The notes beneath the pieces are model-generated. The model saw only the letters and a program-made list of their open reading frames with translations, did no database searches and had not been told where the DNA came from. From Hyaloraphidium curvatum SAG 235-1 (Eukaryota > Fungi > Monoblepharomycota), in the NCBI GenBank assembly GCA_025558095.1, contig JAIVFI010000041.1, forward strand, positions 372,001 to 436,000: a DNA stretch of 64,000 bases, in the 5' to 3' direction. Shown here one piece after another: positions 44,772-56,372 of the stretch. The translations under genes and the position numbers were made by a program. Numbering within the stretch: position 1 is the first letter of the stretch; each line of letters starts with the position of its first letter.

Positions 44772-46749
44772 TCAGGCGCCTTCTCCGCCGTCGGCCCGGC
44801 CATCCTCCTCGGAATTCTTGCGGGTCAGGATCTTGGCCAGCAGCCGGTCCGACACCATCATCGTCTCGGCAAACGCCCTCGTCAAATCGTCTACGTCCGT
44901 GTCCGATGGCGAGGCGGCCGGCTGGGGGCTCGGAGTGAGGTCGACTGCGAGCTGGACCCCCGAATCCGCGAGGAGCGCGACGATGCTGTCCATGAACGTG
45001 ACCGCTAGGTGGCACAGGGGGTGAGGGTGAGGCACGGCAAAGATGCGAGCGATGCGGCGGCGACCCACCCGCGGGGAGCACCTCGGCAAAGGCCGCCATG
45101 TACTTGAGGCCGGTACGGATGTCGCGCAGCACCATCGACGCGCCGCCGGCCCTGGCCACGGCCGCCTGGAGGGTGACCGACCTCAGGGCGCCCATGTACG
45201 ACGTCAGGTGGCAGTGCCTGAGCATGGGTTCCCGGGCGAGCAGCGCCTCCATGAGCCGGGTTGCGACGATGCCGGCTTCCAGGGCAGCGGCTAGCGGCCG
45301 CGACGAGAAGAAGGCCCCCGTAGCGGTCGCGGGGTTCCCCGCCACCCACGCAGAAACAGGGAGGGATTGGAAAGCGAGGAGCAGGGAGACCACGGATTCC
45401 GCGGCCGCCGTGCTGCCCAGGTACTCGTCCGCGCGTGCAAAAAGCGGTTCCGGGTCTCCGGCAGCGAGCGCAGATCCGATCGGCTCCGGCATCGCCCGGT
45501 GGAGCTCGGCGACGAGACGGCCCGGCAGCTCCGTGCGCCAGCGGTGGTCCGCATCGGAGGGGGAATCCAAGGCGGGATCCTGCGCGGCCAGGGCGAGGAG
45601 GTCCACCCCGTCCCGGGCGGCCCGGTCCCGGGCGCGGGCTTGGAGGCCGGTGAAGAGGTCGAAGAGGTAGATGAAGACGTATCTGCTGGCCCGCAGGCTA
45701 AAGACGGCGCCGACCAGCTTGTGGACAAGCCGCGTGCACGAGTCAAAGTCCGGATCGGCGGCGAGGAAAGGGGACGGATCCGCGACGACGCGTTCGCCCT
45801 GCGAGGCGGCGAAGAGGGCGAATGCGTGTTCCGCCGACGGCATGTCGAAGAAAATATCGTGGCAGGGCATCAGCACACGGCCGGAAAAGTAGGAGAACGG
45901 CTCCCTCTCGGCTGGCGTCGTCGAGACTGCGACAGTGTTCGCATCGGTGTGCCCCACGTCGATGGCGCAACGTATGGCCATTTCCGACGACAGCCACTCG
46001 ACGACGTCCCGCGGGGCGAAAACGCCGCCAAAGGGGATGCCGTCCGGGCCGGTGACTGGGCGGAAGATCCGGTCCAGCAGGTCTCTGGCCCTCGTGCGCA
46101 CGGCAGGGAGCTCGGTCGTGAGCCCGTACCCGATGTGGTAGCGCATGAGGAATGTCAACACCTGAACGGCCTCGAGGATCGTCATGGTCGGCGCTCCCGG
46201 CCCGTCGAATCCGTCCCGGAACAGCTGCATCGCTTGCTGGAAGTACCCCTCGACAATCTTCCACCGCTGCTCCTTCGAGATTCCCGGAGCGCTGAGAAAC
46301 GAGCCTCCGCAGGCAGCCACGACGCACATGAGCGCAGCGGGCTTGTGCGGCCCGTAGACGCGGGAGGGCGGCCTGAGGAACGCGGCCTCGAACGTCTCTC
46401 GGTGCACCGCGCCGCCGGGGGCGTGGGTGGTCTCCCAGTGTAGAGAGATGCACGCGAAAAGAAAATCTGGCTGAGCCAGGATGCCTTCGGGCCCGGGGGA
46501 CGCGTCGGAAGCCGCACGGCCCGGGCCGGCCGGACCCGGATTCCCGCGGGGCCCATCCGCGCCCGCCCGCTCCTCGCAGGGCTGCCCCAACCGAGCACAC
46601 CTGTCGCAGGGCGCCGATGGGTCGTCGGGCCACGTGCAACGTTTCTTCCTGAGCCGGCAGGTTCGGCAGGCGGGCCGGACCGGTGTCCGCGACGTCGACT
46701 GCTCCGGTCCCGCGGAATCCCGCAGAGGCGCGCCGGGCGGCGCTGCCAT
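44772..46749 (-). CDS. Zn(II)2Cys6 transcription factor with fungal TF middle domain
   Basis: CRTCRLRKKRC..PCDRCARLGQPC; VHRETF; one 3' intron. Confidence 0.9.
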
Positions 46750-47256
46750 CGTGTCTGGAGACCCTTGGCACGGGACGGACAACACCGAGAGCGGCAGAGA
46801 GAGTCCGGGCCCTATCACTGACGAAGCATTGTGTTTGGTTCGAGCTGGGTTGCCACTGCGGGCTTCTTCCGGGCGACGAATACTCCGCTACTCCGCCGAG
46901 TCCCCTGCGCAGCTTGATGCTTTGCTTGGCAACGAAGAACGCATATGGAGGAGAACAGGGGCTATTGAAGCTTTGTCGCTGCGCAACGGGGAGAGTCCTT
47001 CTACATCAGCACCGTTACCATCTCTGTCCAGCATCCAGTCTCCATTGCGTTCCATTGAAGCCGTGGCGGGGATTGATTGCGGACACTTTGGGGCCAAATC
47101 GGTCTCCGTTTCGCCCGAACGGAATCTGGCCGACGTGGCCCGGTTCAGGCGCGGACCGAGACTCCTCCACCGACCCCACCGACCTACGTTCCGACCAAGC
47201 AACCCTGGACACAGCCATGGCTTCGTGAACTCCGTCGACAGGCTTGGTCTTCCCAA

Positions 47257-48672
47257 TCACCCGGCGCACACCGTCTCGACCGTAAAGTACACCCCCGCCG
47301 CCCTGAGCACCGTCCAGAGCCCGAACGAGAGCGTCACGCACGTCACCGCCAGCGTCCTCACCACCGCCGCGTCCACCGTGAACCCCATGTACTTCTGGCG
47401 CGCCCCCTCCGTCTGCGCAAACAGCGCCAGCAGGGCGTCGTGGTCCGCCAGCGACCTCTCCACGCGGTCCGACGGCCGCCTCGAGCGGAGCACCAGCACG
47501 TCGGCGCGGGTGCGGCGGTACAGGGCCGCGACGTCCTCGATGCGGAGGTTGGCGGCGGCGATCGCCAGCAGCGAGGTGAAGTAGATCGCGAGCACGTCCA
47601 GGAAGATGAGCGGCATCCACAGCGGCACGCACCCCGCGGCCACTGCGTTCAGGAGCAGGCCGACGATGAGCGTGGAGAGGGCGCCGAGGAACTGCGCGCG
47701 CCCCTGGGAGATGTAGGCCAGCTGGGAGGGCCAGGATTCCGCGAGGCGGAAGTGCAGCTCCACGTAGGGCTCGTCGGCGGCGGCGACGGGGACGAGGTCC
47801 TCGGCCGCGGCGCGGCGGTGCCGGTCGACCATGTCCGAGAGGAGGACCACCATGGCACGGTGCTGCAGGCGGCCCGAAAGACCCAGGATGCGGACGCTCG
47901 GGGTGTTGTACGAGAAGGTGAAGTGCGACGGCAGGGTGTGCAGGAGCAGCAACGCCGCGTAGACGGCAAAGAGGAGGATGCTCCACCAGGTCGACCACAT
48001 CAGGGGGGCGAACGTCACGCACAGCGTCCAAACAGACAGGGCGTGTCCGCCGAGGAGCACTGCGCTCTGCATCGCGGCGTCGATCGGGTACATGATCCAG
48101 GAGGAGCGGACGACGGAGCTGCAGTCCCCGCACGGGCAAAGCCGGTCCGCGGGGTCGTGCCGAACGAGCGGCAACACCTGGCTTCCCTTGTCCGAGAGCA
48201 GGTCCCGCCACCGGACGAGCTGCGCAAAGGGGTTCGCGTCCAGGGACGGCACGGCGGCGACGAACTTGTGGCTCGTCCAGACACCGAGCGCGCCCAGCCA
48301 GAACACGGCCAGGAAAAAGACGGTGATGGCGACCGAAGCCGCGGCGATTTGCTTGGTGCCGAAGGCGCCCAGCCTCGCGTTGAAGACGAGGAGGGGCACC
48401 AGCATAAGGTACCACGACAACACCGAGGCCGCGAGGCGCGCACCCGAGTTCCGGGCCAGGAGCGCGAAACAGTGCGACACGTAGATGCGCGAGAACGCCA
48501 GGGGGATGGGCAGGCCGCGGAGGCCGGCCAGCAGCGAAGCTTCGTCGAGCGGCGCGGAAGCGCCGGCGTAGTCGCCGTCCTCGGGCAGCAGCGCGCGGCG
48601 CTCGGCGGGGCACAGGGACAGCGGCGGCAGAGGCTGCTTGGCGCCCGCCGCCGGCGCGCCGTCGTCCGCCAT
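47257..48672 (-). CDS. 7TM gustatory-receptor-like/DUF3537-like (7TMIC) protein, intact and intronless
   Basis: Seven hydrophobic segments; long helical loops after TM4 and TM6; HDALLALF..MGFTVD..VRTL C-terminal motif; three paralogues in window. Confidence 0.7.
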   Translation of the reverse strand: MADDGAPAAGAKQPLPPLSLCPAERRALLPEDGDYAGASAPLDEASLLAGLRGLPIPLAFSRIYVSHCFALLARNSGARLAASVLSWYLMLVPLLVFNARLGAFGTKQIAAASVAITVFFLAVFWLGALGVWTSHKFVAAVPSLDANPFAQLVRWRDLLSDKGSQVLPLVRHDPADRLCPCGDCSSVVRSSWIMYPIDAAMQSAVLLGGHALSVWTLCVTFAPLMWSTWWSILLFAVYAALLLLHTLPSHFTFSYNTPSVRILGLSGRLQHRAMVVLLSDMVDRHRRAAAEDLVPVAAADEPYVELHFRLAESWPSQLAYISQGRAQFLGALSTLIVGLLLNAVAAGCVPLWMPLIFLDVLAIYFTSLLAIAAANLRIEDVAALYRRTRADVLVLRSRRPSDRVERSLADHDALLALFAQTEGARQKYMGFTVDAAVVRTLAVTCVTLSFGLWTVLRAAGVYFTVETVCAG

Positions 48673-48923
48673 CCGGGCGTGTGTTCTGGGGGAAGGTTTG
48701 TCTCCGGGCGAGATCTGCGCTTGGCTCAAGGCTTGGCTACTGTCTCCCGCCCAGTGGACCTTGCCAAGATCAATGCCATTCGATCTCCCTCGTCGCAAGT
48801 GCACCGGGTCAAGTGAAGGCACCGCACGTCCAACGCCGGCGGAAGCGTCAGGCCACGACCCAGACCAGATCGACCGGAGACCTGTCGCCCGCCCCGTGCC
48901 TCAATCCCCTCCCACCACACACA

Positions 48924-49609
48924 TCACCGCCTTTCCTCGTCCCCGATGTAGTACGGCACCACATCTTCCGCAGCGATCCCGAACCTCCCGTCGTCTACCA
49001 AGTGCGAATTGGTCGCCTCGGGCACGACGGGCGGGGCCTTGCCCGCGTGCTCGGCCTCGCGCCACCGCAAGGCGCAGAGGCACCACCTGTCGCCGGGCTT
49101 GAGGCCGGGGAAGCGGAAGTCCGGGCGGGGGGTGATGAGCTGTTTCCGGGAAGGTTTCGGGTGGCCGATCCGAGGTCGTCGGGGGTAGGCAGCAAGCGCA
49201 ACGCCGCGGGCAGGACGGGACTACGAGTCAGGGCCGGCAGGGCAGTAGCATCGCGGGCATGCAAACACGCACGTCGTTGCCGCGGGATCGCGTGAACTCG
49301 AGGAACTCCTTGGTCACCTCGGCGCAGACTGCTCGCCGGCGGGATGGCAGAACGGGGTCAGCTTGCCACGCTTCCCATGGGGGCCCGCGTCCGAGACCGA
49401 CCGACATGAGTACCGGAATCCTCGGGACCCGTCACGCACCGCCCGTCGCGGTAGAACCCGGTCAGCGGTGCGAGCGAGCAGATCTCCAGCGGGCGGCCGA
49501 GCAGGTTGCGGGGGGACGCCTGCGCGGGCATCGCGGGGAGCAGCAGCAGCAGCGCCGCGAGGAGGGCGGTGAGGGCGGAAAGAACAGAAGGCGGGGGCGG
49601 GCGGGGCAT
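48924..49609 (-). CDS. DUF2237-family protein with signal peptide (2 introns)
   Basis: NLLGRPLEICS..TGFYRDG.C.TGPEDSGTH|VCAEVT.EFL.F..SRGND|L.TPRP...FPGLKPGDRWCLCA.RW.EA. Confidence 0.85.
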
Positions 49610-49701
49610 GGGGGCCGCGGTGAGGCCTTCCCGCGGTGTGCGGAGGATCGATCGGAGCGCGGTGGCTGCGGGCTGCGGGCGGGGGAATCAGCTTGCATCC
49701 C

Positions 49702-51374
49702 ATGGAGCCGCCCACGGAGCCGGCCTCCGCCGCGCCCCCGCCGGCGCTGCTGACGCGCGAAGAATGGCTGGCGTGTTTTCCGGCCGCGGCGCCGGCGACC
49801 GGCGGGCTCGGCACCCTCCCGGGTCCCCCCGACCCGGCCGCGGCACTGCGGGACGCGGCCCCGCTCACGCAGTCGTCGATGCTGCGTGCCCTCGCCCCTT
49901 GGCCTTCGATGCGTGCCGTGCTATCCGCCCAGTTCGCGACGGGCGCGCTGCACTTCGCGATAATGCCGGCACAGCTGTTGACGCATTTCTTCAACCTGGC
50001 CATAATGGGCGCCATGTTCTGGTTTCTGGAGCAGGCAAATTTCGCTGGCTTCGGCCGCTCCAATGCCGTGGTGGGCGTCACCGCCGGGGTCGTCGTCAAC
50101 GCGTCAGGGTTGCTGTCCTATCTCGTTTTCCTGGTCTCGCGCGAAGCCAGAATGGAGTATCTGAGCTGGTTTGAAGTGAAATCGCTCGATTACAACTATT
50201 GCGCCCAGGCTGTGAGGTGGAGCGAACTCTGCTCGGGCGTTTTGAAGCATGGGGAAATGGAGGACGGTGGCTGCCTGGGCTCCTTCTCCAAAGGCCGCCT
50301 GGTGGCTCACGACCCCGACGACAAGCTTTGCCCGTGCCCGGACGAACGTTGCGCCGGTCAGCTCCTTTGGCAGGCCGCTGTGGCGGCCGCGTCGACGGCC
50401 CTTGTCGTCACGACGGCGGCCGTTACCTCGATGGGGGTGTGCATGGTTTGGACTCCTTTCGTGACCCTGCGCTTGCAGTTTTGGTCGACCTGGTGGAGCG
50501 TTCTTTTGGCCGTCGTCTTTCGTGAGCTCCTGTGTAGCCGCGCTCCTTCCGCCGCACCCCCACTCATGAAGCCCCACGCAGTAGTGTCCATGGTCACCTA
50601 CTTTGTGACGTCCTTAGCGCACAACCACATAACGCTGCCCCTGCTCCGCCTCACCCTCCGGATCCACCACCGGGCGATGCACCTGGCGCTGTCGGACCTC
50701 GTCGACGGCTACCGCGCCGTGCTGGAGGACTCCGCCGCGGTCCATCGCGGTTGCCTGGAGACCGCATCCGCGTACGCTTCCCTCTATGCTCGCATAAAGA
50801 TCGAATGGCAGACCCGCCTCAGGGAGCTCCTCCGCGGTCGGGGGTTCGCGGCGACCGCGGCGGCGTCCCTGGTCGCAGCAGGAGCCATCAACATCGTGAG
50901 CGCGCGCCAACCCACGGCAGGCGATCGCCCCTTTCTGACCGCCCGATGACACCGCAGATCGGCGGCTCCTGCCTCCCCGCGTACATCCCCATCTGGCTCC
51001 TCCTCGGCTTCGTGTACGTCTTCGCCACAGACATGGCCGGCGTAGCCGTCAGCAACGCCCAGATCTCGGACATCACCGCGCTCTTCCGCGACGCCCGCGC
51101 GGCGCTGGGCGAGCTCTCCATGCTCGCCACGCTCCCCGGCACCTCCCCCGCCCCGCAGGCCGCAATCATAACCTCGATCGGCGAACACCAACGGCTGCTG
51201 GGCTCGTTCGCGGACGCGGACAGGTACAAGGTCCGTCTTTTCGGCTTCGCGATTGACTATTCGGGGGTCAGGGCGGTGCTGGCGACGCTCCTGACGATCG
51301 CGCTGGGGTTGTGGACCGTCCTTAGGAGCGCGGGGGTGTTTCTGACCCTGGAGACGGTGTGCCCGTCTCCATGA
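49702..51374 (+). CDS. 7TM GRL-like (7TMIC) protein, with introns
   Basis: HDPDDKLCPCPDERC, WSTWWSVLL, RIHHRAM, GSCLP, AVSN, HQRLL..F..LFGFAID..GLWTVLR..ETVCP. Confidence 0.7.
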
Positions 51375-51489
51375 ACGATCCCCGAGGCTGCATCCGACGA
51401 CATGCGAGCGCAGACGACTGAGCAAACCAATCAAATCAGAGCAAATCAATACAATCACATTGGGGCGCACTGGCCTCCGAAACCCCGCA

Positions 51490-53525
51490 TCACCCCTCCC
51501 CGTCCACCATCGTCCAGCTCCCCTCCATGTCCGCCAGCGACCCCACCGTGCTGCTCGACAGCGTCCGCCCCCTGATCCTCCCCTCCTCGAGCGCCTCGGC
51601 GAGCGTGGGCGCGAACTCGGGGCTCCCGGGGAGCGACGCCACCGACGCCGCGAGGTCCCGCTCCGGGGGGCCGAACGACGAGAGGAGGCGGGAGAGGAGC
51701 GCGCCCATCCTCGACGTCCGCGGGGCGGGAACCTCCGCCGTCGGGAGCGGCAGCTGTCCTGCGTCCTCGTCGCCCGTGTCCACGGGGGCGAACGCGGGGG
51801 GCAGCTCCAGCCCGTCCTCCATGGCCTCGAGCACCTCCCCCGCCACCCTCTCGAGCTCCTCCACCCCCGGCTCCCCCTCCCCCTCCGCAGCCGGAACGCG
51901 CATCTCCGGCCTGGGCGCCGGGCTGACCAGCACCCCCTCCCCCTCGTCCTCCTCCAGCCCCACGGCCTTCCTTCGTGCCACAGTGGCCGCCAGCGCCTCC
52001 CCGGCCCTCTCCAGTATAAAGTCCGCCGCCCGCTCCGCCCCGCCTTCCTCCCCCATCCGCCGACCCATTTCCCTGCACCGCCCGGCCATGCCCCCGTCGG
52101 CCAAGCACGCTCTCACGGCCTCGAGCAGCTCCCTGCCCCCCGCCCTCCGGACCCATTTGCCCACCCCCCTGGCCTCGCACTCGCGCGCCCACAGGTACTG
52201 GTCCCCGAAGAACGGCACCACGACCGAAGGTACCCCCGCGAGCAGCGCGGCCGACAGCGTGCCGGAACCGCCGTGGTGCACGGCGCACGAGAGGTGCGGG
52301 AACAGCGCGCCGTGCGGCACCGAGGGGACCACGTGGAACGCCGGGGGCAGGGAGAGCAGCGGGTCCGCGGGGGCGGGGGGGTACGCCGCGCCCGGGGGGG
52401 AGCCCGGGGGTGGTGGTGTGGGGGTCGGGTGGGCCCAGCCTCGGGCGAGGACGACGCGCCAGTTGCCCGCCTGGGCGGCGTCGACGACCGCGCGGAGGAG
52501 GGCGGGGGGGTCGGGGGGCACGATGGAGCCGAAGCCGACGTAGATGATGGGATTTGAAGGGGTGGCGGGGGGTTGGAGGAAGGCGAGGAGGTCGGGGGGG
52601 AGGGAGTCGGTGGATGGGGCGGAGGGGATGGTGAAGGCGCCGCTGCGGGGAAACGTGGAGGAGGGACGATCAGATAAACGGAAACAATGAGCACGCCTGA
52701 CAGGCCCCACCACACATCGATCTCGTCGCCCCAGTCGGGCGGCTTGGGCAGCAGGCTCGGCGAGTAGCCGTAAACGGTGGGGATCCCCTTGGCCGGGTAG
52801 CGCCACCCTGCCCCCCTCGCGACCTCCCTCCCCATCGCCCGCTGCTCCCTCGCGTGCATCGAGTTCGTCGGCAGCCCCCTCGCCCTCCTGAAGGCCGAGA
52901 TCAGCGCGCGGGCGCCGAACTGCAGCGCCTCCTCGGCGGCCACGTGGCTAGCGAGGTTGTACGCGCGGCCGAGGTCCCGCGGGGGCACGAGGAACGGGTG
53001 CGGCACGTGAGCTGTGCGGTGCCACGGCATGAAGAAGGCGTGGGCGAGGGGCAGCCTCATTGCGTCGGCCAGATGGGTGGAGCACAGCAGCGAGGGCGCG
53101 GCGACCAGCAGGTCCGGTGCGGCCGCCAGCGCCGCGGCATGTGCCGAGTCGAACAGCTCGGCGAGAAAGGCGAGCAGCGCGGGCGCGGCGGCGGGGAGGT
53201 GCAGCAGCCCGCGGGACAGCGTGGCCATCAGCGCGTGCGGCGAGCCCGAGAGGGGGAGGAAGGCGACGCCGTGCGCCTCGACGAAGGCGCGGTGGGCTTC
53301 GTGGCTCGCCAAAATCACTTGATATGTGGTCGACGGGTCCTTAAATCGGTCGTCCGGGGAGGCCCCCGCAGCGGACGCCGGAGACGGCTGCCCGGCAGTC
53401 CGGCCCCTCTCCGCGAACGCCAGCGCCAGCGCCACGAACGGCTGCACGTCGCCGCGCGACCCGATCGTCAGCAGCAGCACCCGCACCGCTCGGCCGCCGC
53501 CCGGGGGGGCTGGGGGCGGGGCCAT
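51490..53525 (-). CDS. Sterol 3-beta-glucosyltransferase-like GT1 enzyme
   Basis: IGSRGDVQP, YGYSP..PKPPDW, IYVGFGS, VHHGGSGT, PFFGDQ. Confidence 0.9.
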
Positions 53526-53659
53526 CGTGGTGGCGGGTCGCGCGTCACGCGCCACGGAAGGGGATGTCGGACATCGGGGGCCCCATTATCAGACGGACGG
53601 GGGATCGGACGCTAACAATGGGACTGGGGAGATGCAAGATGGGAATATTGGCAGACGGA

Positions 53660-54823
53660 TCACAGCTTGGTGGTCTTGGCGGTCAGGAACCGGTTGGGCG
53701 AGTGGCCCATGACGGTCGACGCGCCGCCGTCCACGACGACCTCCACCCCCGTCCTGGAACGAAACCCGTCAGCACTCTCTGCAACCACACGGGTCAGCGG
53801 CAGCTCCCCACATGTAGGAGCTCTCGACCGACGCCAGGAACAGCACCGCCTGCGCGATCTCCTCGGGCTCGCCCCACCTGCCCATGGGGGAGCCCTCGGC
53901 GGCGCGGCCGAGGAACTTGTCGACGCTGGAGCGGGGCAGCGAGGGGTTGGCGAGGATGTAGTCGTGGATGTCGGTGGGGAAGAAGCCGGGCTGCGCAAAC
54001 GGGGGAAACGGAGGGGTCAGAAGACCGGACCGCCATCGCGTGTCGCACCCCGGCAACTCCCACGTACGTGAATGGAGTTGCAGCGTATGTTGCGATGCGC
54101 CAGGTACGCCGCCGCGTGCTTGGTCATGCCCCTCACCGCCCACTTGGCCGCGTTGTACCCGAACCCGGACCCGGCCCCCTGCAGCGCCGCCGCCGACGAC
54201 ACGTTGACGATGCTCTTGCCCTCGGCGGCGGCGTTGCGCACCATCGACGCCGACCCCTCGCGGATGCCAAAGTACACGCCGTCCTGGTTGATGGCGAGCT
54301 GCTTGCGCCAGTCGGACGTGGGGTGCTTGTAGATGCCGTGCTGCGCGGGGTCGTGCGCCGAGGCGTAGCCAAAGTACTGGGAACGTGGGAGGGGAGCAAA
54401 GAAGAGGCGTCCGGAGGGTGAACGCAGGTCGGCCGACGACACGGGTGAGCACGCGTCGGACCGTGCCGGCCCCGGGGACAGACGCACCTCCTGCGCGTAC
54501 CCCGCGTTGTTCACCAGCACGTCCAGCGGCCCGTACGTCCTCTCCGCGAACGCCACGGCGTCCTTCCACCCGCCCTCGCTGGTCACGTCCAGCGGGAACC
54601 ACTCCGCCTCGCCGCCGTCCCTGCGGATCTCCTCGACGACCTCGCGGCCCGTGGCGGCCTGCGAGGGCAGGTCCGTGACGACCACGCGGGCGCCGTGCCG
54701 CGCGAGGAGGACGGCCGAGGTGCGCCCGAAGCCGCGCTTGGAGCCGGCGCCGGTGATGAGGACCACCCTCCCGAGCCCGGTGGAGGGGTTCAGCATGCGC
54801 TTGGCGGGGGGCGGGTACTGCAT
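53660..54823 (-). CDS. Short-chain dehydrogenase/reductase
   Basis: ITGAGS..GFG, LVNNAG, NVSS, YNAAK, PG...T; introns. Confidence 0.9.
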
Positions 54824-55315
54824 CGCGGCGGGGGAGTCGGAAGCGGACGCACGCCGGGACGGGGCGCGGACGGATGTGTGTGGGCGAGGTGTCTCCCGCG
54901 GGTGGCAAGGGAGTTCGCGGCGCCGCCATCGCCTCCACGGCCACTATCCGGCCCGCGGTGCATCTTCGCGAGGGTTGGGGTTCGCGAGCCGGAGAAGCAG
55001 GGTGAAGGGAACGTGCGAGGGGCCCGATGCGGGGGGACGGCAAGAGGGGAGAGGGAGATGCTGAGCCGCCTCGGAGCGATCCGACTTTGAGGCGCCGCCC
55101 CGCGAGGCCGGTTTCCATCCGGGCATAGCTCAGCGCTCTGAGATCCTCTCGCATTGCGATGCGGGGGACGGCCCTGATCCGTTTGCCGGGTGTGGGTCCC
55201 GATGACCTGCGGGCGGCTGAAGTCAAGCGGCGCAAAGCCGGGCGGATAGCCGGGCGGCCGGGCGGTCTCCGTGCGTTTTCCCCGGCCCGCCTTCCCACCC
55301 CCCCAATCCCGCCAG

Positions 55316-55918
55316 ATGGCCGCGCCACGCGCCGCCCCTCTCCGCCTCCGCGCCGCGCTCCTCGCCGAGCTCCTCGCCCTCCTCCTCGCGGTGGCGCTGG
55401 CCGCCCCCGCCGCCGGCTCCGACTGGGACAAGCTCGAGATGGTCAACCGGCACTCGGTGGCCTGCAAGGTCCACGGCGACGCAGGCCACGACGTCCGCTG
55501 CGCAAGTGGAACTACGCGTTCCGGTACAAGCTCGCCCTGCACAAGGGCCCGATCGGCGCCGTGGGGACCAAGCCGGGCGAGAAGGAGGACGAGTATTCGG
55601 CAAAGGTGGCCGTGTACGGCGGCAGCATCTGCCACCTCCCCGGGGTCCCCATCCATGACCAAGGACCGTGAGTGGCGGGCGGCGCAGCCTGCGGGCATTG
55701 TCGCTCACGGAACACGGCTCGCTCCCCCAGAACATCAAGGAGGGCTGGCAAATCATCCGCACCGAGTCGTCCCCGATGTTGTTCGGCGTGCGCCCCCTCG
55801 AGGTGTTCATAAGCCAGTGCCAGGGCAGAAGGGTGGGCGGCGGGATACAGCGAAGCAGGCTGCCGATTGTCCGGTTCTCGATGTTGCGTGCGTCTTCGCG
55901 GAAGCCCAGGCGTAGGTA
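55316..55918 (+). pseudogene. Putative secreted protein of unknown function, apparent frameshift near 55500
   Basis: Signal peptide; the coding-like frame switches without an evident intron. Confidence 0.35.
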
Positions 55919-56372
55919 GTTTACCGAGATTGTCTTCCCCAGATTGCGGTGCTTTGCACTCGTGCGCAGGAGAAGCTAGGGAAGCTTGCCGCGGAGGCCG
56001 ACATCAAGTTCGTGCAGCGGCACGCGGACGACAAGGCCAAGGACGAGATGGCAGAGCTGCTCGGGGAGCCAGGCTATGCCGAGCATCCCGTGCTGCTCGC
56101 GCACCTGGCGCAGTACTGGCAGGCGCTCGCAAAGAAGCGGATCAAGGCCTAGGGGCGCAAGCGCCCCGAGAAGAAGGAACCGGGCGGGTCGGGGAGGAAG
56201 GATGTTTACTTCTGCAGCAAGTGCGGGTTCTGCTGGAGCGTGCTTGTGAGCAGGGAGAAGTTCGCCGCGCACCCGTGCGGCACGGCCTTCATGGAGTTCA
56301 AGGACCGGAGGGGAACGAGTCAAAAGTAGCGTGTCGTCTGTTTTTATCGACTCATCTATCTTGCCGCCGGTT

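Noticed and set aside
31054-49701. Both head-to-head gene pairs have 92-bp spacers (31054-31145, 49610-49701)
   Set aside because: No sequence similarity between the spacers and start codons uncertain; likely coincidence
55949-56330. Coding-like fragment with CSKCGFC..HPC
   Set aside because: Internal stop and no clear start; family cannot be assigned
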